Source of the DNA: Lingula anatina
Taxonomy: Eukaryota > Animalia > Brachiopoda
Direction of reading: 5' to 3'
DNA: 64,000 nucleotides
Assembly: GCA_051362555.1 (NCBI GenBank)
Contig: CM120646.1
Span: 4,588,001 to 4,652,000 of the forward strand
The notes under the pieces are model-generated. The model did not search any database. It worked only from the letters and a program-made list of their open reading frames with translations, and had not been told where the DNA came from. Position 1 is the first letter of the stretch. Every line of letters starts with the position of its first letter. Made by a program: the position numbers and the translations under genes. Below, one piece after another: positions 1 to 17,848 of this stretch.

Positions 1-1209
1 GTTAAGCAACTGAGGCTTTATTAGATTTGGACAGAAATCGGGGGTAATGCCCAGTGACATACCAAACCCCTAAGTTCAAGTCTTGGCCCTTGACACCTGT
101 AACGCACCCCTTAGTCAAGAATCTGAACAAATCAATGTTGGGCAGGTACAGGGTATACTCTATTTTCTACAGGTGTTTTGTGATTTTATCAACTTGATTG
201 TCAAGTGCCAGACCTTTTGTTCTTAGATACTAGTAACAAACTTTATCAGATAACAATCTGACACTAACCAAGCTGCACTAACAGCGCTGTAAACCCAGTT
301 ATCAATGCTGTCATCTTTACCTGTATCTTTACCGGTATTATGCCAGTGGTACTGTTTGATACATTTGAGTAAGGAAATATGCTTTTATGCTTACATTCAT
401 TTGTAATACGTTAGCATCAACCTGTTAATAAAAACTTGGAAACTTTCAATGTTATTACACAATAACAGTATAATGATGGGAGATGTTATGATTAAATGCT
501 TAGAAGAATAATAAAAACAAATTATGTGAAATATAAAATGAATTGATTTTATTTGGGTTATTTATTTATTTATTTCAAACCAATTAATTATCAAACATGA
601 AGCTTATTTTAAGAAACATTCGCAGATATATGAAATATAACCCTGCTGGTACACAGATCTACAGTTCTAAAATGCAAATACCAAGTACCTTTCACACACC
701 ACTGATGAGATGTGAATAATCATATGTATAAAGTAGTAAAAATATCACAAAATGTGTGTAAGCAAGATATTTCTACAAGTAACCTCATTAATCAGTCAGG
801 AAACTTCATAATGCACCCAATAAATGTAGAAATTTGAGCCAGAGAAATTCTACATACAGGCATGACAGATTTACCATATATTGCCATCAAACCTTAACTG
901 AATGGGCATAGAAAGAACAAAGTGAGTCTCCCTCCCATTAAAAATGAGAAATAAAAATAAATAAATAAATAACAGATACTGTCATTCTTAATACTGAAAA
1001 ACAATGGCACCTTGCAGCCTTCACTGCCTCACTATTTGCAGACAATGTTCTAGTCACTGTAACTGTGTACTTTTGATGAGGCATAGATGCAAGAATAACT
1101 TCTTTGAAGTATATTGTGAAGGTCTCTTTTGTCATAAATCTGCCATGTATAACCTGAATGAACATATTGCGATTCACACCGCAGCAGCTTGTCTTAGTAA
1201 GGACTCAAC

Positions 1210-2210
1210 CAAATTGAAAACTTTTGGCATAGCTTCAGGGACAAGATCACACCATCTATCCTTGCTGTGATGATGGATCTACTAGTACATTATCTATGCC
1301 TGTCCTCCTAGTTTCTCTAATACCATTTCCGCTGATCTATATGCTCACATCAATCTCTACAGCTTTACCAACTGCTACACAGTTTTTACATCTGAAATTA
1401 TAAAGCAAAAATTGTAATAAAGCACTATCAATTTACTTATTAGATATTGATTCGAGGGCAAGAGAAAAATGCAGAAACCTCATATGATAATCAAGATAAT
1501 TGAAAATCAAATATGCATAATCAAATTAATAGCTTTAATTGTACATACTACTGATGATTTAATCTTTTAAACTTCAGCATAAATTTCTCTTGTTAAAGCA
1601 TAGACACTTTATTAAAATGTGCTTGAACAAATAATAATAATAATAAACAACCTGCACACAAGATGGAACATGGAGGTCAATTGCCACAAAATAAGTTGAT
1701 TTGTACTTGGTAGCCTGAGAAATAGTATCAGGTATTAATTTGAGCAGTAAATTGAGTAATAATACCACAGAGTTAACAATGACACAAGCATATGGTGTTG
1801 TGTAACAAAATTCATGCATTACTTGCTGTGGCAGTGTCCTCCCCAACCTATCGTGCACCGCAGGTTTTGATTTTCAATGTCATCAAAAATGTTTATTGTT
1901 GTTAGTTTGATTTACGTATCTGCTATTCAAATAATATCGTTTGGAAAATAACTAACTCATTTAATTATGCTTTTGCAACATGAAATCATCATTAACTTTG
2001 CCGGTTCACGTGTATACAGTACCTTGCTATCAGTGCTGCTCTTTTCTCCCTAACTCGTCACTGGCAGGCTAACCACATCGTTTCATAACAACGCTGGTAT
2101 GCTCCTTTACTTTTGGTGTTGGCAGTTTCGCCCCGGGGACATCGTTTTTGGTTAAAAACAACGTATCGTTTTCACCCATCTATACATTGCTCCTGTACAA
2201 AATGGCCGCT
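1210..2210 (-). other. Probable 5' (largely non-coding) exons of an unidentified gene running off the left edge
   Basis: Minus-strand donor AAG|gtactg at ~2022, acceptor tttcag at ~1392 and possible donor G|gttgag at ~1209. No recognisable protein. Confidence 0.4.
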
Positions 2211-2285
2211 TGCTGCCCCCCCAAGGGAAAAATCGTAGCACGTGGGTAGTTACGCAAGACCTGTGACGTATAACGCGCGCAAGGT
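2195..2285. promoter_or_regulatory. CpG-rich housekeeping-type promoter
   Basis: AAAATGGCCGC (YY1-like) ~2198-2209, CACGTG E-box ~2239, TGACGTA CRE-like ~2264, local CpG enrichment next to the minus-strand first exon. Confidence 0.45.
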
Positions 2286-2608
2286 TATTGAAATCACATC
2301 AGGCTCAGGAATATACATTAATCTCAAGTTGTTACTTGGTCCATTCACACAGTATGATGTTGTGAATAATTATAATTTGAAAAAATTCGGATGATTATCA
2401 ATATAACAGTTTTAACCCATTATCATGAGAGCTTAGCCTTCAAATGTGTAGTTTGAATGATTTTTTTTTGTGAACTTTCCACTTACAGTAAGCTGACAAA
2501 CGCTATTCTAAATAAATTTTTCAACTACAAAACTCATGGAATACAGAATATAACATAGACTTGTTTACCAATGCAGTTTGGTTTATAATGAAATTTAACG
2601 AGGAGTTC

Positions 2609-3050
2609 AACTCCATGCATTCGTAAACTCATTTCGACGCCGCTCTTAATATACTTACAGACCAACATATCTAAACTCAATCAATGCATACGTTTATCCC
2701 GAGGCTTCATCGTGTTAACATGTTATGAAAAATATACAACTGATATGACCTTGAAACAAATTATTATTATTAATTAAAAAATTTTTGTTGCCGCTATTTC
2801 ACCATATTAATATTAAATAGTTTAAAATAAAATAGATTTTGACTCCAAGCATTCATGAACACATCTTGTAAACCCATATCTGGATAAACGTACAGACCAA
2901 CGTATCTAACCTCATTCAACACATGCATTTATTTTGAATCTTCAGCATTTTAACATATTGCGAAAAACATCCCACTGATGTAACTTTTAAATGGATTATT
3001 CTTTTCTTTTTCACGTGGCCTTTATTTCACCATTTTTTTTATTCACAATT
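2609..3050 (+). repeat. Diverged tandem duplication, ~232-bp period
   Basis: actccatgcattc...tacagaccaacatatctaaactca...ttaacatgtt...tatttcaccat at 2610-2805 recurs as actccaagcattc...tacagaccaacgtatctaacctca...ttaacatatt...tatttcaccat at 2842-3033. Confidence 0.75.
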
Positions 3051-3099
3051 AGAATATGTACATGTACACATTATATTCACTTCTAATTTTACGTTTTAG

Positions 3100-7762
<4,663 letters not shown>

Positions 7763-8317
7763 AAGTCATCGATGGTTTGAATAAAAAAGAATACTTCATC
7801 TGCGGATATTCAAATACAAAATATTTGAACACTTTTTTACTGAAAGTCATATTTACTGTCATCATTGGTCATTGACTGGGGGTGTTCTCGGTTTTTTAAG
7901 TATGATGCGTGATGTTACGTGCTCTGATGTGCTACAACCACTCTGTTACAGAATGCAAGATTAACCTAGGATCCAAGATAGCTTCTCTCCCAAGTTGAAA
8001 ATATTATTTTTGCTTATTGACACAAACTACTGTGAGTAGTAATTTGAGGGCGAGAAACAATGTTTTGTACTCTTGTGTTACTGAAATGTTTAATGTCTTC
8101 TGTTTACGAGCATTCGCCCTATTTGGTACGGCAATTCATTGTTAAAATTATTCTGACGCCATACCAATTATTTTAGTGATCACGATGAAAACTGTGGTTT
8201 TCTCTCATTCAATTTAATTTTCATTCATAAACGTTTAAATGAAACGCATCTCGCGGTGAGTGTAAACGCACTATTAGCAGTATCATGTCTCTAAAATTGT
8301 ATTGAGCATATTTGAAA

Positions 8318-8385
8318 TTATATTATATTATATCATATTATATTATATTATATTATATTATATTATATTATATTATATTATATTA
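8318..8385. repeat. (ATATT)n microsatellite
   Basis: Directly visible between the convergent 3' ends of RTK1 and the Ig-mucin gene. Confidence 0.95.
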
Positions 8386-9976
8386 AATCAATTTTTACAC
8401 CGAATAAATGCGTTGCACTTTTCTTCCCTAGCTATTATCCTTTGCTGGCAAAATGCCATTATATAATGAATTTTAGCGAAAAATACGGATAAATATTTTT
8501 CTTTTAAAAACTCCGTCAATGTTAAAAGGCATTTGCACTTATCTTTAAATGGAATACTGCCGTCAAAATATTCGAATGAATAGAAAATCAACATTGAGAA
8601 AAACCTGACAAACATTTACTTCAAACATGCAAAATCAAAAGCATACCAATGTTAAATAAATAAGATTTATTTATTCTATAGTAAGAACATTCCATGAAAA
8701 GTACCTAGCTTATATGACGAAAACCACAAAAAGCCCTAGCGTTATTTTTCTTTTCTTTTCGTTTTGAAAATAAATTCAGATTACAGTTTCATATTTCTTC
8801 GGTAATGTAGATTTGCTAGCTGTCAATAATATATCATATTGCTACCATTCCTATCAGCACAGCATAATGACAATACCACATTTATGTGCTATGCAAATAG
8901 TTTAATAAAATGCATCCATGTAGCAGAAAATACAATAATTACAACAAAAAATATGTAACGATACCATGATGAAATAACTCTTGAGCACTCGACCAGCGAC
9001 TTTTGCACACCTATAAAGTCAAGGTAAATATTAAACGCACTTTGCAGAAAACACATTGATAAAATGTAACAATTAACCAATCAACAGGGAAGTAACACAT
9101 GTGCCAATATCTAACAATAATTTCTTATCTTTTTCATTGTTAAATATTAAGAACTATTAAAATTGTTTACGTTTTTGAGGAACTTAAAACAGATAATATC
9201 ACCACTGCTTTGGTGATGCACTAAATCACGTACTTCAAAAATGCCCAAATGTAAAGTTTATCTAATCTTAATTGAGGTTTTCAACCTGCCTCTCTTGCCT
9301 TTAAGAAGTCTTCAATTGCACCAGAGTGCCCTTGGCTATAATACTAGAAATGAGTAATCAGTCAATGATACGGTACGAGTCATATCAAGGCGTAGCAGAA
9401 AATATGACCAAAATCAAATAATATTATCAATCGTTTATCAATAGTTTAACCAGCAATATTTATATATAACCCACTACCATTTCAACCTATGATCTCCTCT
9501 CATGAACCAAAATAATGTTATTGATAATTTCCACTGAAGAGGAAATACATGCACATGGGAGTCAGTTGATGTTTCAAACTGTGTGCCAAATTAAATAAAA
9601 CAACTTTTAATTTAACGAACCCACGACAGTAATTTTAATTGAATATATTAATAGATTTCTATATATCTTTAGAAACTTTATTTATTGAAGGTAAAAACTA
9701 GGTGAATCTAATATGTATCATTCACATGACCTTCATGAGTATACGAAAATTGTTTGCCCAAATTAAACTGATGGTGAATTTTCTTTACACATATTTACAG
9801 CTAAGGTTATGCATACAAATAGTGAACTCTGCAAAATTAAATATATATATCGTTTGTATTGGTCCCACTTGTAAAATATAGATATTTTCTTAATGACTAC
9901 TGACTATTGTCCTTAATGTACGAATTAATAAAATTATTTGAAATGTGTACAAAAATGAAAAAGGGGGTTATTTTTC

Positions 9977-12900
9977 CTAGTTAGACTGCCCTTTATCTGT
10001 GTATTCTGCCACTCCTGTGTCAAAATCAAAATTGACTTGCCCTTGTTCTGTGTTTGGCTCCTCGGGATCTTCATCATTCGGATTCTACACAAATATATAA
10101 CAGAAAATAAAAAAGTTATTAGGTGTATAAAATGATGTAAAGTTATATCTTATATTAGCATGGAAATTATGTAAAGTGCTGCCGTTAAAACAGATACCAA
10201 TAGTGTAAGTCTACTTAATATGTTAATATTTTGTCACCGTGAGTTTGCTGGCATTGTTTATATGAATGTGGCAACGCTATGTCGAGATACTTACAGCACT
10301 GTTGACTTTGTTACTTCGACTTTTACGCTCAGAACCTGATAAAGTGATGAAAATCAAGAATTTAAAGAGAACTGAGGAGTACGGGAATGGTTCAAACTCT
10401 AAAAGCAATTTTATGTAACTCTTTTTCTTGATGCACTAATCTTGCTAAGTTTCCTAATATCAGTTTAGCAACCTTTTAAAGTTACCATGCACCTGTAGCG
10501 TATTCCCCGTGAGCTTTTTCTCTCTTTTTTAAACAGACGACAGTGACGATGATGACAATCAACAGGACCGCTCCTCCACCACCGGCACCAATGGCAATGA
10601 TGATCTCTGTGGAAAGAGCGCCCGGCTTGGGAGTCTTCACTGTAGTTGCTATTGACGAAAAATTGAACATTACTACACAAATGTAAAATGTAGATGTAGG
10701 TCTATGTGTGCAGACAGGGTAAAAGGTGAAACGGACATTCACTAGCATTGGTACATGGACTGCAGGAAAAATCATGCAAAATATTAATCTCTGACTGTAA
10801 TTATCGTTACCATTTCTTTATTTCTGAAGAAAACATATTTTTAGTATGAATTGCATAACACCTGTTAACCTCATGTGCCCTTTGTCGTAAATATAATTGG
10901 AATAGATATCCCGTTCATAATAAAATTAAAATAAGTAGCGTTTAATGACTAAACTGTCTTGCGATCCAAACAAGATTAGAGAACACAGCATGTTGGGAAA
11001 CGGATGAAAATCAACATAGTTCGTGGGCTCTCTCCCTCTCTCATTTTCAACACACACACACACACACACTTTCTCTCTCTCTCTTTAGGTAAAAAGCCAG
11101 TTGGGTTTCTTTGAACAAAATTGATTACTGAATTGTTGCCTATTTTAAGCATCTTATCTTTACCCTGTACGCTTTACCCAGGACTCTTAAAAAATAATTT
11201 TGCATCCCACCACCACTGCCTTGCATCCCAGCACCATTGTCTTGCATTCCCTAAGCATTAGCTATGAAACATTCTTTAGGACACATTTTAGAATATTAGG
11301 AGAGAAATATAAGGAAGGGTTACCTAGATTATTACAATTAGTATAAGTCTATGATTTTTTAATACAGGTAATTCAGGTGATACTTAGGTTAAAAAGCTTT
11401 TTAAATTTTTAACTGCAATTTTGGTAGTTTTATAATTCTCCACCAGTGCCCCTTATTTTTATGTATCCAGAGTACAGTTAAGATATGTTAAAGCTCGAAT
11501 TTATATACTGCCTTTTATTTTTTCCTTTTTTAAATTTTCTCCTATTTAATGATACATACGAATTGTAGTTTTAGGTGTTTTGGGCGATTCTGAAAATAAA
11601 ATGTATAATTTTGAAGATATTAATTTAAAAAAGATAGCAAGTAACTTAGTTTACGTACAAAGAATTTGAATAATCGTATTTCTTTCATGTAAGACCGTTT
11701 GTATTATCTTAGAATAAAACTATATAATTGCACTTCTATTTTTCTTTTCTATTTACATATGTGATACCGATGGGTCAAACGTAGTATAATATCTCAAGTC
11801 TTAACATCATACTATAAAAGTAAATGCATAAGCTTCCTCCTGAGTCAGGATACAAAGTCAAAAGTTTGTGATGTGAAACACAAATTGGCTGAGAGAATGG
11901 GCCTTAAGAGACGATATAAAATCTTACTACCTGTTGTACTTGTAGGTTCCGTTACAGTTGTGGTCATCGCTTCTGTTGTAGTTGGTACTGAAATATAAAC
12001 ATGGCCAACATAACTAAAATAAAAAATTCCATAAATACAAATGACTAAAAAATACTTTAATGTCTCCTTGATCGAAAAAGTTCAATACGGTGTCGGAAAA
12101 AAACATTAAAGTGACAAAACACAAGTATGATGTTCGACATTTGGCCGATGCCGGCCCCTTTTATTGTGAATCCTTCTAATAAAATGAAATGAAGTAATTT
12201 TAGAAGCTAAAATTGAATAATTGTGGCAGTGCCAGATATAATAAAAAAGGAAGGGGGGAATACAAGCAATGCACAACATATCTCAAGAAAAGTAGCAAGG
12301 ACTGCCATCTTACCTGGTTCTATCCATACTACTGTATCTTTGGGTGCAGGATCTTTTGGATTTGAAAGTATATTAAAATCACAACTGTAGTTTCCGCTGT
12401 CATTTAAGTAAGATTCTGGGATTATCAGTTTGAAGTTATCAACACCCAGGTTTTCAGTATATACATGTCTGCTTTCGCAGTCACCGGCAATGGTCTCCGT
12501 ATTTATTTCTGTGATTGTACACCATGGCAAACCATTCTTATTCCATTGGATTTCAAACCCATTGGAAAGATTTGCAAAACTGCTCAAGTTGCTCCATAGA
12601 TAAACCGGTTCTCCAACAAAGGCTCTAATACTAGGTGCGACAGTTAATGTTACAACTTTGGGAGGCTCAGTCGTTGTTTCCACGATGCTTGCTGGAACGG
12701 TGGTTGTCTCTGTGATATTATGTGACTCAGTTATTCTTTCTGTGACAGACGCCGTCGTAGGTTCTAACGCTGCAACTGTAGTGCCCAGTACCGTGGACTG
12801 CTCTGGAGTGCTTTCAGGTGCCGTTGATCCCCTCGGCGTGGTGGTGGGGGTGGTGGTGGTGGTAAGGGCGGAGGTACTGGGTGTTTCGACGGTCGTATCT

Positions 12901-13356
12901 CCAGGTTCTGTGGATATAACAGCTCCGGTGGTCTCCGTGAAATTGGTGGTTTTAAACGTTGTGGACTGACAGAAAGCTGTAATGATTTCAAACAAAAATG
13001 AAAAAATAAAATGGAAATCTTTAATAGGGATATAAAACAAAGTTAAATTAATAAAATAAAATAAAGTAAAATAAAATTTGAAAAGTGTTGAAGGTTAAAG
13101 TAATGATCAAAATCTCCATCCATCTACAGTTCAACACTGTAATTTCTTCAGATGTAGAACATTTCAGTTCGATATTCCACTTTTATCGTTAACAGCAATA
13201 AACAGGTATCAGAACCACAAAACAAAAGCGTGTCCCGACTGCCTTACTTCAATATGTACATGAACAAAAACAAGAGTTAGCATATGAAACATCAAACAAC
13301 GTACCATTCTGAAGAACACATGATAAAATAGCGAGTTTTAACATTCCATGCGCCAT
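9977..13356 (-). CDS. Type I membrane protein (~368 aa): signal peptide - mucin - IgV-like - mucin stalk - TM - short Tyr-containing tail, no kinase
   Basis: Exons 13356-13305 (MAHGMLKLAILSCVLQN), 12976-12314 (Thr/Pro-rich then Ig: LWSN, IQWNKN, DSGNYSC), 11987-11931, 11589-11560, 10648-10493 (TM IIIAIGAGGGGAVLLIVIIVTVVCL, KKREKAHGEYAT), 10335-10295, 10084-9977 (..VAEYTDKGQSN*). All GT-AG and phase-consistent, 1107 nt. Confidence 0.88.
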
Positions 13357-13657
13357 CTTTCCCCAGTGAAGCTAATTATGACAGTTTGATGTGCCCTATA
13401 ACCCAGCAGTACTGAGGTTCAATGGTGTCTATTCACGCTTATCAAAACATCCAAGACGTTATCGCGAATGGGGAAGAGTTGGCCGAGTTAGATATCAAAA
13501 AGTGACGAATCAAACATGTAGACCTTACACATGTATTTCATGGGGTCGAAATTAAAACTGAGAGACCTAGGGAAGGAATGTGACATATTCAATTCAAGTC
13601 AATTCATTAAAACGGCTCATCAGAATGGAAAATTCAGTATTAAGTCATATCACCGCA

Positions 13658-13692
<35 letters not shown>
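13658..13692. repeat. (ACT)n microsatellite
   Basis: Directly visible. Confidence 0.95.
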
Positions 13693-15549
13693 AAATAATA
13701 ATTTAAAAGAATAATAATAAACTTTCCTAAGTTGTTTAATTGCCATTGTTAAGTGATAATACTTTAATTAGTTTTAAGACGCTTGGCTTTGTATGATAAA
13801 ATGTATTGTTGAATTTCTGCCCATTCGAACTGCAGTTAGGGCATTTAAGGATAAAGTGAAATTCACCCTCTATATTATATAAATTACATCATTTACAAGT
13901 TCTTATTTTTCTTTATTTGTGTCTGTGTACCTTCCAGTCTCTACAGCTTGATTATGTGATAAAAGCCTAAATTTAGCGATAAATTCTTTATCTTTCTGTT
14001 ATATTGGCTTATTCAAATAAAATTGAACTGTGGAATTATCAACGAGATGTTGATACAATTCAGTGGGTGACTTGGTCTAAGATATGTAAGATATTAACTT
14101 CTCTATTGTATTTGAAAAAAAAAATTGTTATAACAAACCTGTCTTAAAACACCGTTTTTATACTTATTTTTTGAGCAATAAGTCACATCTACATATGAAT
14201 TTTTGTGAAGAATAAGTAGGGGTCTAAGTATCTTAAAATTTCTCTAAAGAGGGGATAAGTGTGCTTTCAAAAAACAAACAATCAAAAACATGTATAATTA
14301 AAATCCGTGAAATCGATACTATAATAATTCCTATTCTGTATTACAATATACGTGTCATGTCAAATGTTTTCTTTGAAATGCTTCTCTCTCTCTCTCTCTC
14401 TCTCTCCAACATGTCAGTTACACTGTATCAACAAAGAATAACTAGCATGTGAATGTAAAATGCGATAGATGCGCAATCTGCCGTTGAAAATATTTATGTC
14501 GCAATCTTTCAAATAAAAATAAATGACAGAATATCACTTAGACACTGGTTACTTCTTTAATCTACAAATAAACAAGCTCTTTTTGTTCGGAGTGAGGGTT
14601 TAAATAGGATGGACATTATAATCAAAGTTCTAAAGATAGTGTCCTTAATTTAAACAATGTAAAAAAAACTTCAAGACACTGACTCTTTATCTTTTATTAT
14701 TGAGCATCGTATAAAAAATTCTGAGCACACTATAAAGGACCGTCTTCCTACATACATAAGGGCTCGTCTTCATTGAAACTAACTGCGCGGTCTCTCGCTG
14801 AATACAATCAGATTGACAGATTAGCAAGCCTCCGGTTGCTTGGCGTGGTCTCGGGGGATCCCGAAACTGCTTTTTTTTTACCAAGCTACTGTATACCTGT
14901 GTCATTATAAGAAAAAGTTTAAAAACACACAATGTATGCGTTCTCTGGGGGTATACAGAATTGTACAGTGACAAGAAATTAGCACACGTGTTTACGTTTA
15001 AAGAAAAATATATAAATAATGATAAATGTGTGAGCCTACTTAAAATAAGAAGAAACAGCTCCTTTTCCATTCGGTTGTTTGGTCGCTTTCTTACTCATTC
15101 CATTATTATCCAAGTGTTGGTGCACTATGTTAGTTTTAACCATCAGCACCAACTTTCTTTATATGCAATCCAAGGGATATTTCAAACTGAAATATATGAC
15201 CTCAAAAGGCGAATTTATAACCAAGCAAGGTCGACCCTAGGCGACACTACGTGATTAAGCCAAGCTAACGATAGACAGTAAATGCTATAGCGAGTACGCG
15301 ACTAATGGTAGGGATTGCGCTAGCGGTGACTGACATGAATCAGGAAGAGGCCCTTCAGTAATGGCCTCTGCCAGTGACCTGTGTTGATGCTTCTCCGGCT
15401 GTCATAAGCCAGACGTTAACTAGAGTAAATTTGTGTTTGACGTGATGTGTTTTATGGTCTTCACATCAAATTCTTTTTTGCTGACTCCACCTTTTGACTT
15501 GACAAACAAGTTTACCACAAGCACCATACAACAGATTCTGCAGATTGAA

Positions 15550-17442
15550 TTAGTTCACTTTTATGCAGTAATCTGACAGCTCAGTGGACGAAGAAGGTCC
15601 TCTGGTCCACCTTGAGCAGTGGGCGGGGCTTCCCATCTCTGACCCTGCTGTCGAGTCCAGACTTCCAATCGTCATTCGACCACGTCGCTGCAACAGAAAA
15701 TATGAAGGATTAGACCCCATTCCCATACCGAAATTGATCTAGCAGGATCGACCAATCTCCGAGAGAATTCTTGCAAAATTACATTCAGCTTAAGCGGCTC
15801 TGATGTCTGGCATGCCTACTGACGCTGTTAAGGGGTACATAACTATCGTTTAGCAGCTTCAGTGGGCGTGCCAGACATCTTACCCGCTAAATCTGGACGC
15901 AACTTAGCGAGAATCCCTTCGGAGATGGGTCGATCCTGCTAGATCGATATAGAAATGGGAATGGGGTCTTAGATTTAGAAAAACACACTCAACGCATGTT
16001 TTCGCGCGATGTGTGCACCCGTGGAACTCTAGGTTGGGTGACCCTTGAGTTTATTCATTCTTAAGACATTTTTACACCCAGGGGAGAATAATTTAATGTA
16101 ATCTTAATGTCATTTCAATATATTTTATTATTTTAATTGTGATTTTTTTTTATTTTAAATACCTTTTTCCGTACAAAAATCAGAATCAAATTAGTATTCG
16201 TAGTAGTGAAAAGTCAGACTTACCAGCGGTATGTCATTTGTCCTTCTGTCCCCTTAAAACACGATTGAAAAAATAGACGTCACTTACAATATGGAGTAAT
16301 AAGTTTCAACTGGCAATCACGATTTCATTACTTTATTTCAATGAACAGTGAAAATTTGATAGATATTACAAAAGGAGTAGCTTGACAAGTAAATGATTAT
16401 GCGATTTATTTTTGGTGTTGTTTTTTAACCACCAGACTTACTGTAAAAACGTACTTGTTTCAAGCTCTCTCTCGACTACTTGCGGGATGTCAGCACTCCT
16501 GCAGTTATGCCTTTGTATCAGGTAAATCCCCGTGGCTAGGGCGATAGCCAAAACAACTGTAATGGCACAAGCTACAGCCAAGAACAGGATTGTCTTGTCT
16601 TGGTCGTTCTGATGGCCACCTGGTGGGAAGTCAGCTGCAATAAGACAGACGATCAACGGATTTTAGTCCATCCTTGATAAGATTGAATCAGACAGTAAAA
16701 AGAACATAAATACTTGTTATTTCTATTGCTAAAACAAGTTGCCAATAAAAGAATCACTGTAGTTTTGGATAAATAGCAGAGGAGGTCGAAGAATAATTTG
16801 ATGAAATATTTTTTACTCGCTGCAGTCATGTTTAAACTGCGTGAACTATTGTGAGAAATTTCGGGAAAACAGTGTTATTTCATCTTACCGCGTGATGCAT
16901 CGTTGTTTCCACTATGACCGATCAGTGATGAAGAGTCGTTCACCAAATCTGCAAAGACATGATATATATTTAAGTTAATGAATAAAAAAGCCAAATTATT
17001 ATCTCCACAACTCGTCATTTTAAAATATATGTTGATGAGAAACAAAAGTAAATGGTAAGTTTTACTTTGCTCTAATCAGAGGCACTCACAGGTAAAAGTA
17101 AAACCTGATAACCCCTCAGGACATCCGGAGTAATTTCAATCATTTTATCGTCTTTGTCGGCACTATATGTGTCAGGCTCTAAGGATCTCTTGATGTGACA
17201 GTTTTTTCCTTTTTTTTTTGTGAAATGACGGTTTTTGACTATTGTCCGCTTACTGGTCCACACAGGGGATGTCGCCAGTCACCGGCGATACCGATGCGAT
17301 AGTGAATTTTAATAACGACATATCTTAATGTGTGTTTAATTATGATCTCTTCACTTTTATGCACCTTACTTTCTTTCTCTCTCTCTCTTTTTCCCCCTCT
17401 CCCTCCGTCTCTCACTATACCTCTCTCCCTCCCTCCCCCCTG

Positions 17443-17492
<50 letters not shown>

Positions 17493-17848
17493 CTCTCTCT
17501 CTCTCTCTCTCATTTGACCATGCAAAGCTTGCCACAGAAGTGGTTGCTTGAATCATCTTCACATTCTATCCGAACAGCAACGTTTACTCTTTTCTTCTCC
17601 ATCTCAAGCATCACCTATCACCTCACCGTGTATCCCTACCCATTCTAATCCTATAACAAACCTAGGGGCGAACTTTTTACCACGACTGCTGTTTTAGTCA
17701 TGATATTATGACGGGTGTAAATAGGGCTCGTTGAAACGCAGATAGACTATGTATACATATATGATATCTTACCTGTCCCTGAGCTCAACGCCGATGAAAC
17801 AAGCACCAGATATAAAAGTAAGGTGCTCATCGCCAAAGATGAACTCAT
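15550..17848 (-). CDS. Small single-pass membrane protein (~160 aa) with ~35-aa unstructured ectodomain and Ser-rich tail ending ELSDYCIKVN
   Basis: Exons 17848-17773 (signal MSSSLAMSTLLLYLVLVSSALSSGT), 16948-16889, 16634-16455 (TM TILFLAVACAITVVLAIALATGIYLI), 16252-16224, 15687-15550. GT-AG and phase-consistent; further small exons cannot be excluded. Confidence 0.7.
15713..15968. mobile_element. Fold-back MITE, PIF/Harbinger (Tourist)-like
   Basis: TIR GACCCCATTCCCAT...ATGGGAATGGGGTC, TTA target duplication on both sides, internal inverted symmetry. Confidence 0.88.
17370..17511. repeat. (CT)n / polypyrimidine tract
   Basis: Directly visible. Confidence 0.95.

Noticed and set aside
2457-2493. 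ATG..MIFFCELSTY|gtaagc as the RTK1 first coding exon
   Set aside because: Phase-compatible but not signal-peptide-like and spans a homopolymer; insufficient support.
12658-12991. Val-rich and Pro-rich ORFs overlapping the mucin exon (likewise 28133-28318 and 62884-63272)
   Set aside because: Alternative-frame readings of low-complexity Thr- or Glu-coding sequence.
17239-17562. RE/SL-repeat ORFs (likewise 24267-24683, 26295-26555, 5027-5248)
   Set aside because: Translations of microsatellites.
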